Assembly (NCBI GenBank): GCA_030704615.1
Contig: CM060734.1
Span: 16,244,001-16,308,000 of the forward strand
Source of the DNA: Takakia lepidozioides
Taxonomy: Eukaryota; Plantae; Bryophyta
Length of the DNA: 64,000 bases
Direction of reading: 5' to 3'
Positions 35,771 to 47,620 of this stretch are shown here, piece by piece. The notes beneath the pieces were generated by a model. It was not told the DNA's origin. It saw only the letters and a list, made by a program, of their open reading frames with translations, and did not search any database. Both the position numbers and the translations under genes were made by a program. Numbering within the stretch: position 1 is the first letter of the stretch; each line of letters opens with the position of its first letter.

Positions 35771-37565
35771 AATAAGTCGAGGAGGTTCAAGAACCGAGAA
35801 ACGGAGTATCTCGTCAAATGGAAGGGCTATCATCATGTGGAGGCATCTTGGGTGCGTGCCTCAGAAATGGGAAACGCATCCGAGGCGGTTGCAATTTTCG
35901 AAGGGCGACCTCAAAAACGGAAGCAGCGTTGATGGGGACATCAACCTTGGAGCATGGGGGAGGAAATGCATGCTTAGCCCGACTTAGCTAGCTTAGGAAT
36001 CCGATTGCAAAAACTTGTATTGTACAAAAATTTGTTATAAAGGAAATGGGTTCCAAATGTTGTGCGTCCTATTTTGTTTGGAATGGTGATGCATGGTGTG
36101 GTTGGCTAGTGTGTAGAATGCATGCTAGCTTACAAAAGTGGGAGAGGTAAATTGGGTTAATTGTGTGTTTGCGCAGTGCCGAAATCGGGTGACTTCCATC
36201 CAAAGGGGCAAGGAAACTTGCGCCTTCTTTAGGAGTTCACGTGCTAGTGCGCACCTGGCGCGTGCGCATACTATAACTGCGCTACCGAGGGGGTTGCTTT
36301 GTAGTGCGGGCTAACGCGGAAGCTACGTGCTTCCGTTCACGTACTCGTGTAGCCTCGGGATGAAGTCGTAGTGCGGCTTCGGCGTGTTCCCGTACCTCAG
36401 GCCAGCATTCCAAGGCGGACCCAATTGTAGTGATTGGGGCGCGCGGTTGGTTCAAGGTTATCTTCCTAGTCAAAGAGGGTTTGAGGTGAACCCTTGCTCA
36501 AGGTGATGCCAAAAGCGGCATCATGAGCAGTCGCAAGCAATGTTGTTGCAATAAGGCGATTCAATCCTCGGGGAGGATCGTTCCTTGGCCTTGAAGTAGG
36601 CCAAGAAGAGTGCACTGGGAGAAGCTTGAGAGGCTCCACCCTTGGCCGGGACTTGGAGGAAGTCGGCCGAACTAGCTAGTGAAGAGTAGAGTCAAGTGTG
36701 GGGTTTGGTTATTTCCCATGGGACGCCATGGTACGGAAACAAACTCCTTGATGTGGGACGCCACAACTTGGATGTTCGTTTCCACAAAATGTACAAGCCG
36801 ATGAGGACATCGACTCCCTGTTGGTAGGGGTGTGTGTCGCGGCCATTTGCCTTGAGGGCACGGGGTCGGGACACAAGAGGGGCTGCCCCTGTGGTGGGGG
36901 CAGTGGCAGTGGCAGCGATAGGTATGGGGGGCTGAAGCACCCTTGAGTGCCCAAAGCACTCAAGGAGGCGGAGGCGCTCATTAGGTGGAGCCCCGCACAC
37001 CGGGTTGCGGTGGGGGTGGCTCCACAAGGGGTGGTGGTAGCTTAGCGGGACTTAGTGGGGGTGGCATAGGACTCACCCTGGGGCGGAGACCTCGTGGTGG
37101 GAGTCGTGGGGAGTCTTGGGACTCATCACGGTCCATAGGGGCCGTGGTGTGTGGGCCAAGACTCACCGCGACTCATCACCGGGAGTCGAGGGTGTTCGTG
37201 GTGGTTCGCCATAAAATGGCATGGTTGTTTGTGAAATCCCCGCGGACAGCTACAGAAGTATATATAGGGAGTAGTAACCCCGAGAACGGTGCAAGCCCAT
37301 TGGTGACCAAAAGCTAGTGAATAAGCGAGCGAGCCGGAAAGCGACCAAAGAGTGGGGAGCTGTTCCGGACTGCCAACTACCAAAGGGAATTTCGCTGGTT
37401 CTAAATCGTTGGAGGGTTCTTTGGGAGATCAAGGGGGGACCGTTATGTCCCGGTGAGCAGCCAAAGCTCCAAGTTGGCCCGGCGGTCAGGTTGGGAGTTA
37501 GGCGCGCGCATCAAGCGAGTAACTATGACTTGAGGGGGGAGCTTACCGAAGTGAGGTGCGCGACA
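35771..37565 (+). mobile_element. Inverted 3' part of chromovirus element: chromodomain C-half, 3' UTR, PPT and 3' LTR (36835-37565)
   Basis: ETEYLVKWKGYHHVEASWV chromodomain. LTR matches 33000-33725 and 42724-43447. Flank CAGTG is the reverse complement of CACTG at 43448. Confidence 0.88.
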
Positions 37566-38191
37566 CAGTGTGTGAACGAACTTTAAGAAAGTAGATGGGT
37601 TGGTTTATGGAAATAGCGAGATGAACTATAGCACTAGCGATGAGGTTTCGGTCTGAGTGGTGGTGGTGAGAGGAGGGTCGGGAGAGGTGGTTCCAGATGA
37701 GGAAGGGTGAGGTCAAACTGTCGGTGAAGATATAGTGAGGTGGGGAGAATGAGGAGAGCTGGGTGAGGGCATCATGTATTGCCATGAGCTCGGCACGGAG
37801 GATGGTGGCCAGGCCAGGAAGGCGTAGAGAGACGCCTTGGTTGGTAGCGGTGTGGTAGATACCATAGCCCGCCCGGGGGCCGGCTATTAGGGATCCGTCG
37901 GTGTAGTGGGAGTTGGCAGGTGGGTATCTAAGGGGGAGGTCCATCTGGGTTGTCGGGGGTTTGGTGCGGACAGTGATGGGGGGGGGGGGGGGGGAGGGGG
38001 CTGGGCGGGCGATCATACGAGGCCATGTTTTGGAGTTGGGCATTTTAGGGTAGAGGCGAGAGGTAGGAGTTTGGTGAGGGGGGGGTAGGGAATGTGGTGG
38101 CCTTCATGCCATGTGTATCTGTTAGGAGGGGGTGCGGGTTATTAGGGAGTTGTTGGTGTGTTAGTAGCAGAATGGTGGCAGTAGAGCGGGA
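37566..38191 (-). pseudogene. LINE RNase H domain (N-part), inverted
   Basis: YTDGS, RAELMAI, IFTDSL, FLKVRSHT. Continues at 43448 as GITNNDMAD. Confidence 0.85.
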
Positions 38192-41100
38192 GAGTACTAC
38201 CTCCACCTCATACTCAGGTTCATTTTCATGATCTAACAACACAGGTGGCGGACGCAACACTTGATGCCGATTCGGACGCGCTTCATCTTTGAAGTAAGGC
38301 TTCAAAAGGGAGACGTGGAATACTGGATGCACCTTGCTGTTTGCCGACAGCTCCAATTCATACACATCCTCATTCATAATCTTCCGGATGCGAAAGGGTC
38401 CCGCATATGGAGGTACGAACTTTGGACTCACCAGTCGGAAATTCTTGATGTTCAACCGGACCTCCGTGCCTGCCTCAAACGTCACTTCCCTCCGCTTCTG
38501 ATTCGTCTGCCTTTCATACCGTTTCCTAGCTTTGGCAATGTTGTACTTTGCGAGCTTCAACAAACGCTCGCGTTCTTCCAGTACCACCGCTACTGCCGGT
38601 TCCTCAACGTCCTGGGCGGCCCAACTTGCTTTTCCATAGACCAATACGAAAGGGGAAACTCCCGTTGCGGAGTGTTCTGTGTTATTATAACAGAACTCTG
38701 CCGCGTCTAAGTGTTCCACCCAGTCTGTTTGGTCTGCCGACACGTAATTCTGCAAGATCTGCTTCACTACGGAATTCACTCTTTCCGTTTGGCCGTCGGT
38801 CGTAGGTCGGAAGGCGGTGCTCATCTTCAGCCTCGTCCCCATCTTCTTCCAAAGTGCCCTCCAAAATTTACTTGTAAACTTTGGATCGCGGTCCGAGACA
38901 ATATCCTTCGGGACTCCATGATGCTTTAAGACGTGGGCGAAGTAAAGTCGCCCTGTTTCCTGTGCCGTTGCCGTCTCCTTGGTGGGGATGAAATGGCCCA
39001 TTTTACTGAACCTATCCACCACCACCATGATTGCATCGAATCATTTTGACAGCGGCATAACAGTCCTGAAATCCATCGAGACGCTTTCCCAAGTCCCCTC
39101 TGGAATCGGCAAGGGTTGTAACACCCCCACTTGTTTTTTGTACTCGCTCCGGTTTTGTTTGGCATGTGGTGCATGTCTTGACATACTCCTCTGCCTCCAT
39201 CAGTTTGGGCCAGAAATACTCTTTCTTCAAGAGTGCCGCAGTGCGCTTGGCTCCGCCGTGGCCTGCAAGCGGGCTATCATGGCATTCTCTCAAGAGGCTA
39301 TTTCTGATCCCTCCCTTCGGCACGTAGAGACGCTTTTGCTTATACCGGAACAGTCCATTTTGCAAGTGGAACTGCGATTTAACCCCCATCCTCAAGTCTT
39401 GCATCACGGACTTCGCCAGCTCATCCTTTCGGCAAGCCTTCCGGATCTTCCTTTGGAGCGCCGTCTCGCCCCTGTACACCAACAAAAGCTGCTGCTTTCT
39501 ACTTAAGGCATCGGCCACCACGTTGTCCCGTCCCGGTTTGTACTGGATATCCACGTCGAACACCGCCAAAGTATCTTGCCACCTAAGTTGTTTTAAGGAC
39601 AACTTGGGCTGCGTGGCAAAATACTTCACCGTGACATTGCCCGTGAACACCTTCACTGGGTTGGAACCAACATAGTGGCGCCAAAGCTCAAGACAGTGCA
39701 CCACCGCCTTCATCTCTTTCTCGTGCGTCGGCCACCATCGCTCCACTTCATTCAGTTTCTTACTTTCGTAAGCCACTGGGCATCCATCTTGCATCAGTAC
39801 ACCCCCAATCGCGAAGTCTGACGCATCTGTATGAATCTCGAACGGACGATCGAACTCCGGGATTTTCAAGACTGGAGCTTCCGCCATCCGCTGCTTCAAT
39901 TCAGCAAAAACTTGGCCACAAAAGGTGTTCCATGCCCAGACTTTGGATTTACACAGAAGGTTTGACAGCGGCCCCACGATCTTGGCGAAATTTCTCACAT
40001 ACTTCCGGTAGTAGGAGGCGAGTCCTAGGAAGGATCGCACTCCCGGGACCAAAGTCGGAGGCTCCCAGTCCAAGATTGCCCTCACCTTCCTGTCATCCAT
40101 TTTGATCCCATCCTGCGTAATCACATGCCCCAGGAACTCCACTTTTGTGACCCCGAATTCGCACTTTGAAGCTTTGGCATACAGCTTCCCTTCCCGCAAT
40201 TTCTGGAACACCCTTTTGAGGTGCTCCAGGTGCTCCTCCTTTGTTTTCGAATACACCAAGATGTCGTAGATGTACACGATCACAAAGTCATCCAACCACT
40301 CCTGGAAAAGGCTGTTCATCAGCGTGCTAAAGGTCGCGGGAGAGTTGGTGAGTCCAAAAGGCATCACCAAGAACTCATATGAACCATACCTTGTCCTGCA
40401 CGTGGTCTTCTCCTCATCTCCTTCCGCCACTCGAATTTGATGATAGTCGGAGCGCAGATCGATCCGGCTGAAATACTTCGCTCCTGCCAACCGAGCGAAA
40501 AGGTCGTCGATCCTTGGCAAAGGGTACCGGTTTTTTATAGTCACCTTATTCAAAGCCCTGTAATCGACACACATCCGCAGCGTCCCATCCTTCTTGTCTG
40601 CGAATAGCACCGGGGCTCCGTAAGGTGACTTACTCGGCCGTATGTACCCCTTTGACATTAGATCTTTGAGCTGAGTCTTCAGCTCGACCAACTCTCTGTG
40701 GCTCAACCGGTAGGGCGCCTTGGCAGGCTGTTTCGATCCCGGTATCACCTCAATCTTGTGGTCAACTCCTCTTCGCGGTGGCAAGCCGCTTGGTAAATCC
40801 TCCGGCATCACATCCTGGTATTTCTCCAAAATCCCCTTGATCCAATCTGGGCTCAGCTCCCCATCGCCTTTTCTTCTTGTGGCATCAATCCTTCCACAAA
40901 AAGGCCCATTTGCATATGGTCAGGAATATTATGGTTATTCCATCGCCGGAGGATATCTTCCAATTGTCCCGCAAAGTTCACTTCTCTAATATAGAGCAAA
41001 AACTGGGGCTCGTGTGCCTCCTCCACGGCCCACTCCCTTGCTGACAGGAGGTTTATTCGCCCTCCCACGGGTTTGGGCGTTTCCGACACTCGTAAGACCT

Positions 41101-43447
41101 CGCCACCATTCCCACATGGCAGCGTGACTACTCTCTTGCGGCCATCTATGACCACTCCGGATTTGCTCAAAAAGGTCATCCCCAAAATGAGATCCACTCC
41201 ATCGATCTCGTAGATGGTGAAGTTCTCACGTCCCTCCCAACTCCCTAGTTGAAGAGGAACATCAAACGCCAACCTTGTCGCCAATTGCGGTTCTCCTTTG
41301 GCAGAACGCACCTCAATAGAGGCCCCCACGTCACTTGTCGGGAGTCCCAGCTTTTGTGCTGTTGCCGGTGTCATGAAGGAGTGTGACGCTCCTGTGTCCA
41401 CCAACAACGACACGTTAGTTCCGGATATTATCCCATCCACGAACAATAACTGACTCCCTTTACGTAAGGCGCCAGTTTCCTGATACAACTCACAAGAAAA
41501 TTTGCCTACCTTGCAAGTCCTGGCGACCACCGCTTCCACCAAGCGACTGATGGTATCTTCCGACAACTCTGTGGTCGCCCGAGTCATGTTCAATTGCCGG
41601 GGCTTCGTGCACTTCTTGGCCATGTGCCCGGGCTCCCCGCAATTGAAACACACTCCATCAAAGGTCGCCTTCTATCCGCCATAAGCCGCTCCACCCGCTT
41701 TTCCTTTCGAAGCACCGGGTGTCGCCTTGACTTGTGAAGGCCCTCCCTTCAATTTCCACGTGCCATTGTTGCCACGTGGCCTATCCCACTTCTTTTCCGA
41801 TCGGAAGGAGTCACCTTCCCGCCGGGTCTTCTTGTGGTTCAGCTCCGTACGGCCTTGTCTTTCACCCTTAGGGACATCCGAGAAACATTCAGCCCTCTCA
41901 ATTGCCTCGTTCAAAGTCTTAGGTGGCTTCTCCTCCAACTTCCGCCTGGCCCATGGGGCCAGTCCCGCCACAAAGTTGAAGACCATTTCTGGTTCTGCCA
42001 TGTCCGCGACTTCGAGCAACATCACATTGAAAGCCTGGACATATCCCCGAATGTCATCTGTTTGCTTCAAATTCCTCATCTTGTCCCGGGCGAGCCAGGA
42101 CGCGTTGAGGGGCACAAACTGCCTCTTCATCAATTCCTTGAACCCACTCCAGTTCAAGGTTTCCGGCTTGGACCTCGGTCGTGAAGCATTTCTGCCACCA
42201 TTGTTGAGCATAGCCCCTCAAATAGGTGGGAGCCACTTCCACCCGATCCTCGTCACTCAACTTGGCCGCCCGGAAGTACTGCTCCAGCTCCAAGAGCTAG
42301 GTGTTGAGTGCCTTCCGATTTCGGACGCCCTTGAAGGGGTCGGGTTCCTTCGGCTTCACCTTTAACTTTGCCTTAGTGGAAGTGGTATTAGCCGCCTTCA
42401 ACACGTCTTTCAACGTCCCGCCAAATTGCGCCAACAACCCTTCCTAAAAGGCTGCCGGCATGGGAGGCATCTGTTGGTCGGTCGGAGCTCTCAAGGATTC
42501 CTCAGGCTCCGACTCCTCAGATTCCTCCCGCTCTTGAGCGGCCTCGTTTTCGGAAACATGCATCACTTCCTCAAACGGCCGCCTCGGTGACACGTCGCCC
42601 CCATCGGGCTCACCAGGATCATCATCTTTTGGGCCGTTCCGCTTTTGCTTTGGCTTGCCCGACCCCATGATGAGGCCTATCCCAAGGACGATCGCGCACT
42701 GAACTCTAAGCTCTGATACCAAGTGTCGCGCACCTCACTTCGGTAAGCTCCCCCCTCAAGTCATAGTTACTCGCTTGATGCGCGCGCCTAACTCCCAACC
42801 TGGCCGCCGGGCCAACTTGGAGCTTTCGGCTGCTCACCGGGACATAACGGTCCCCCCTTGACTCCCAAAGAACCCTCCAACGATTTAGAACCAGCGAAAT
42901 TCCCTTTGGTAGTTGGCAGTCCGGAACAGCTCCCCACTCTTTGGTCGCTTTCCGGCTCGCTCGCTTACTCACTAGCTTTTGGTCACCAACGGGCTTGCAC
43001 CGTTCTCGGGTTACTACTCCCTATATATACTTCTGTAGCTGTCCGCGGGGGTTTCACAAACAACCATGCCATTTTATGGCGAACCACCACGAACACCCTC
43101 GACTCCCGGTGATGAGTCGCGGTGAGTCTTGGCCCACTCACCACGGCCCCTATGGACCGTGATGAGTCCCAAGACTCCCCACGACTCCCACCACGAGGTC
43201 TCCGCCCCAGGGTGAGTCCTATGCCACCCCCACTAAGTCCCGCTAAGCTACCACCACCCCTTGTGGAGCCACCCCCACCGCAACCCGGTGTGCGGGGCTC
43301 CACCTAATGAGCGCCTCCGCCTCCTTGAGTGCTTTGGGCACTCAAGGGTGCTTCAGCCCCCCATACCTATCGCTGCCACTGCCCCCACCACAGGGGCAGC
43401 CCCTCTTGTGTCCCGACCCCCTGCCCTCAAGGCAAAGGGCCGCGACA
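38192..43447 (-). mobile_element. Chromovirus Ty3/Gypsy: 5' LTR (42724-43447), PBS-Met (42710-42721), gag-PR-RT-RH-INT and chromodomain N-half
   Basis: ORFs 41672..42211, 40853..41653 (LVDTGAS), 39012..40829 (RT VYIYD, RH TDASD), 38045..39028 (SDRD, TER, GPF, EYEVEVVL). Several stops and frameshifts. Confidence 0.93.
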
Positions 43448-44075
43448 CACTGGCATCACAAACAACGACATGGCTGACTTCTTTGCCCAGCAAGGAGCCA
43501 CACGACCTGAGGTAGATCCCACCACGGATCCCATACATGTGGCCCATATACACCCATTCTGGTTCATACACCCAGTCCCTGGCCCCACGGAGCCCCGCCC
43601 CGTCCACAACCTAAAAACTACCATTACACGAGAAGTCGACAAACAAGCCCGGACATCCCATGGTCACTCTAAACTGCATGTCCAGAAATGGACACAATCC
43701 AAGGTGCTCCACCATAAGCTGTCTAATCACTTCTGGTACACTCGCCTAGCCACCGATGCCCAAATCAGACAAACTCTCAAATCCCGATACGCCCAATACA
43801 TGGGTCACCAGCGCAAACACGTCTTTTTGGCCCCGCCTTTATCCTCTCCAAACTGCCCCCTTTGTGCTAGCACTCACTCGGCCCGCGACACTTGGCCACA
43901 CCTTCTCAGTCAATGCGTCATCCATGGCCTCCGTATTACCCGGCATAATCAAGCTATCTGGAAAACTACTCTTACGCCGCCCTGAGACATGCTGGTTTTC
44001 ACTCATCAATGCCGGAACCTACCAGGGGAGGCCCCCTGACCATACGATACCCCACTGGCTCCTACCCTGTACATG
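43448..44075 (+). pseudogene. LINE C-terminal part: end of RNase H, CCHC knuckle and RHN motif preceding a restriction-like endonuclease
   Basis: GITNNDMAD..CPLC..HLLSQC..RITRHNQAI. Cut by the CACTA end at 44076. Confidence 0.7.
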
Positions 44076-44589
44076 CACTAGAGGAAAAACGCGGAATAAC
44101 CACTGGCCCTTTAACCACTACTGTCTTTTTCCACTCTATAAACCACTAGTAACCACTTGCCAGTGGTTAATCCCGATGAAATGCCACGGTGGCATCACAT
44201 ACAGTGGTTGGAAGTGGTTTCAACCACTGAGTAGTCCACGTGTAATAATTTATTTTTATTTTTTATTTTTTATTTGGTAATATATTTGAGTTAATAAATA
44301 TAATATTCCACGTGGACGGGTGCAGTGGTACATTGTGAGTGGTTATAGACACCTCAGTGATGGGAAGTGGTTGAAACCACTTGCTACTCCACGTGTAATA
44401 ATTCAAATTTTATTTGATTTGGAAATTTATTTTAATTAATAAATATAATATTCCACGTGGACGGGGACAGTGCACGTTGATCTTGACTGGCCAAGTCTCA
44501 AAGCGAACCAAAATCATTTCGATGGCCAACCATCCGTTGAGCCATCGAATGAATTTCGATTGATCTCATATTAGTCCGGGACCTGTGAG

Positions 44590-44965
44590 AGGATACCCTG
44601 CAAGCATCGCACTCCACGACACCACATCTCGTTCAGCCATAGTGTCAAACACTCCCTTTGCATCCTAGATGCTCCCACATTTTGCAAACATGTTCACCAG
44701 GGTATTGTTCAGAATGACATATGATACAATTCCAGCTCTGAAGATGACGCCATGGACCTCTTTCCCCTTTTCCAAAGCTGCCAGGGCAGTGTTCAGATTG
44801 ACATTTGGCACAATTCCAGCTTTGATGATATCCCCATGCACCTCTTGCCCTTCTCCAGGGTTGCCAGGCTTGCAAATGCACACAAACATGATGTGCTTCC
44901 CCCATCCTTTGCTCATAGGTCTCCAAAGCCTCCATCCCATGTCCCTGCCGTGCATACCCTGGACC
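44590..44965 (-). pseudogene. PLS-class PPR gene fragment
   Basis: GKEVHGVIFRAGI..NNTLVNMFAKCGSI*DAKGVFDTMAERDVV.WSAML. Confidence 0.8.
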
Positions 44966-46118
44966 AAGCTGACTCTCCCAAGAACCTTGTAAACATCAGC
45001 GAGGACTTAAGTGCGCAGCAGCGATAGGGCTTAGTGGGGCTTAGTGGGGCTTAGTGCATGAGGGGAAAAAAAAATGTCAGATTGGTCCATGTGAACCACC
45101 ATGGTGCAGCTAAGCGAGCAGAGATTGAAACACGACCTGCTAAGACCAAGCTGACTCTCCCAAGAACCTTGTAAATATCAGGAAGAATACCAAATCATGG
45201 TACTAACAGGAGCCAAAAGCCCACATTTGCAGGATGGACAAACTTCTTCACATCCTACATTAAGAAAAAAGCCACACCTTGCGATTGCGATTGTCCCACC
45301 ATCGTGAAGGATATGTAAAAAACTCAAGCGAGCTCTGCTCCGTGCTGCAAATTCAGGGCCGAGTCTGATGAGAGGGAAAAACAGGCTGAAATAGGTCGAA
45401 GAAGAAGTGCCCTCACCACATTGTCGTCGACCTTGTGTCATGACCCATGGAGGATTTGACATACCATGAACCCAAACGGACCTCTTGTGTGTGCTGCTTG
45501 TGTCTATAGTCAGGTAATGTCGGATTGTCCATGAGAACCACCACGGTATAGCTGAGCGAGCAAAGATTGAAACACGACCTGCTAAGACCAACTTGCACGA
45601 GGACTTAGTGTGCACAGCAGTAGGGCTTAGTGGGGCTTAGTGCATGACGGAAAAAAAAAACAACGCGAGGAGTTTGAACCCGCGATGCCGCGACGGGCAG
45701 GAAGAGCCCTAACCAGTACGCTACATACACACATTTGAAATTTTCCCCCAAAATTATGTATATATTGTACATACGTGATGGGCAACTTTTTAAGTTTTTA
45801 ACCTTTTTGCAAACCCTATAAGCAATTTTTTTTTTCAAAAAAATAAATTTTAAAGGAAACCTCAGGCCCTTGAGGAGGGGGAAAAATTAACCCCCTTTCA
45901 TTTATGGGCCATGAGACCTACAGGAGTATCAACGCCCAGACATACCGTCGTCACGAACAATCCCACACACGGGGTAATGCAGAGGGTTTGAACCCCGAAC
46001 CACCAGGGCGACACATTGTGCACTTACCAGCCGATGTGCTTTTTTTAAATCTTTTGCACTTTGATTCTTTTTTTTGTTTTTTCTTAATTCATTTTAGTGG
46101 TCACAAGTGAGCACATAG

Positions 46119-46472
46119 ATGTATTCCATGGAGATAAACAAAATTGTTCATCCGGTGTCTTCACGGTGGATGTATCCCATGGAGCGTTACATGAAAGATC
46201 TTAAGGGATACTTTAGGAATTACGCAAAGCCAGTAGGGAGTATGGCTGCAGGGTATGTTCTTGATGAGGCCATGGGGTTCATGACTGAGTATATGCAATC
46301 ATTTGATGCAACTCAACGGCGGACTTGGGATGCAAATGCGGAGGATGGGGTTGAGGACAAGGTCTTGGAAAGTGTCAGCAAAATGCGGGACATGACCGGA
46401 GCTGAGAGAGATGCAGCACAAATTTTGTATGTACTGAACAATATCAATGTCATGGCTCCTTGGGTGCAGTGA
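46119..46472 (+). pseudogene. CACTA TnpD transposase fragment (DUF4218-like)
   Basis: PVSSRWMYPMERYMKDLKGYFRNYAKPVGSMAAGY..EAMGFMTEY. Confidence 0.85.
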
Positions 46473-47254
46473 GTACTTCTTTTCATTGCACCTTATTCAT
46501 ATCAAGTTCAATTTCAATTCTGACTGTCACCAGTGTAATCAAACCACCCACAAAGTCACAAATGTCAGTGGTTCATCTTGATTATAACCACTGATGTAGT
46601 AACAGAATGTCTGAGTGAGTGACTTGTTGGAAGAGCATGTTCATTTATAAGTCATTCTGCTCACTCCTCCAGTGGTTTGAAACAGTGGTTTTCAAAGTAT
46701 CATTCATGCTAGGTATTTTTTGCTAAGTAATGCAACACTTCATTGCTAACATGTGTCATGCTTGTTGCCATTTTGTGACAAAAAGTATGCAACAGAGAAG
46801 GCACAGTTCGCAGCAGACAGAGAGGCATGTGGTGATGAGTGGCATGCCAATCGACGTCTACCTTATCAGATCAGCCAATATCTAGGTCATTAGATGGTGC
46901 CATGGCTCTAAATAAAGAAGACCTGGCTATGTTGGCTACCATTGAAGCGACATTTGTACAACCAACCACTATTCCAGTTGAGGAAAGTGATTCAGAGGGT
47001 GACGAATATGTTTCAGATTCAAAATAAAGTTTATTGTTGGAACCATTTGTTCAATAGCATCATCCTTCTGGACACTTGTCTGTTTTTCAAAGTCTGTCAC
47101 AGGTGCACAAACCACTTAAAAGTTTTCATGTATCACCACAAAAGTGGTACCAATCACTGTTGTGTAAGCATGAGTGACCACTAGAATAGTGGTTCCCATT
47201 ACTGCAGTGTCTTTCACCACCCACTCTCCACCACTGTAAAAGTGGTACAAATCA

Positions 47255-47620
47255 TGGCGACATCTTCAGAGCTGGAATTGTACCAGATGACATTCTGAAC
47301 AATACCCTGGTGGACATGTTTGCAAAATGTGGGTGCATCTAGGATGCAAAGGGAGTGTTCGACACTATGGTTGAACGACATGTGGTGTCGTGGAGTGCGA
47401 TATGATGTGCTTGCAGGGTATGCACAACAGGGATGTGGAATGGAGGCTTTGGAGAGCTATGAGCAAAGGATGGGGGAAGCACATCATGTTTGTGTGCATT
47501 TGCAAGCATGGCAGCCCTGGAGAAGGGCAAGAGGTGCATGGGGATATCATCAAAGCTGGAATTGTGCCAAATGTCAATCTGAACACTGCCCTGACAACTT
47601 TGGAAAAGGGGAAAGAGGTA
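47255..47620 (+). pseudogene. PPR gene fragment, circularly permuted copy of 44590-44965
   Basis: The same two blocks in swapped order, with a shared stop and deletions. Confidence 0.8.

Larger units (their letters stand above)
44076..47250 (+). mobile_element. CACTA (En/Spm) element remnant with nested fragments
   Basis: CACTAGAGGAAAA terminus at 44076, AACCACT/AGTGGTT subterminal repeats, TnpD fragment at 46119..46472. Confidence 0.7.

Noticed and set aside
33000-37565. Intact LTR element bounded by LTRs 33000-33725 and 36835-37565
   Set aside because: The flanks differ (CGTAT versus CAGTG). The second LTR pairs with 42724-43447 through the inverted TSD.
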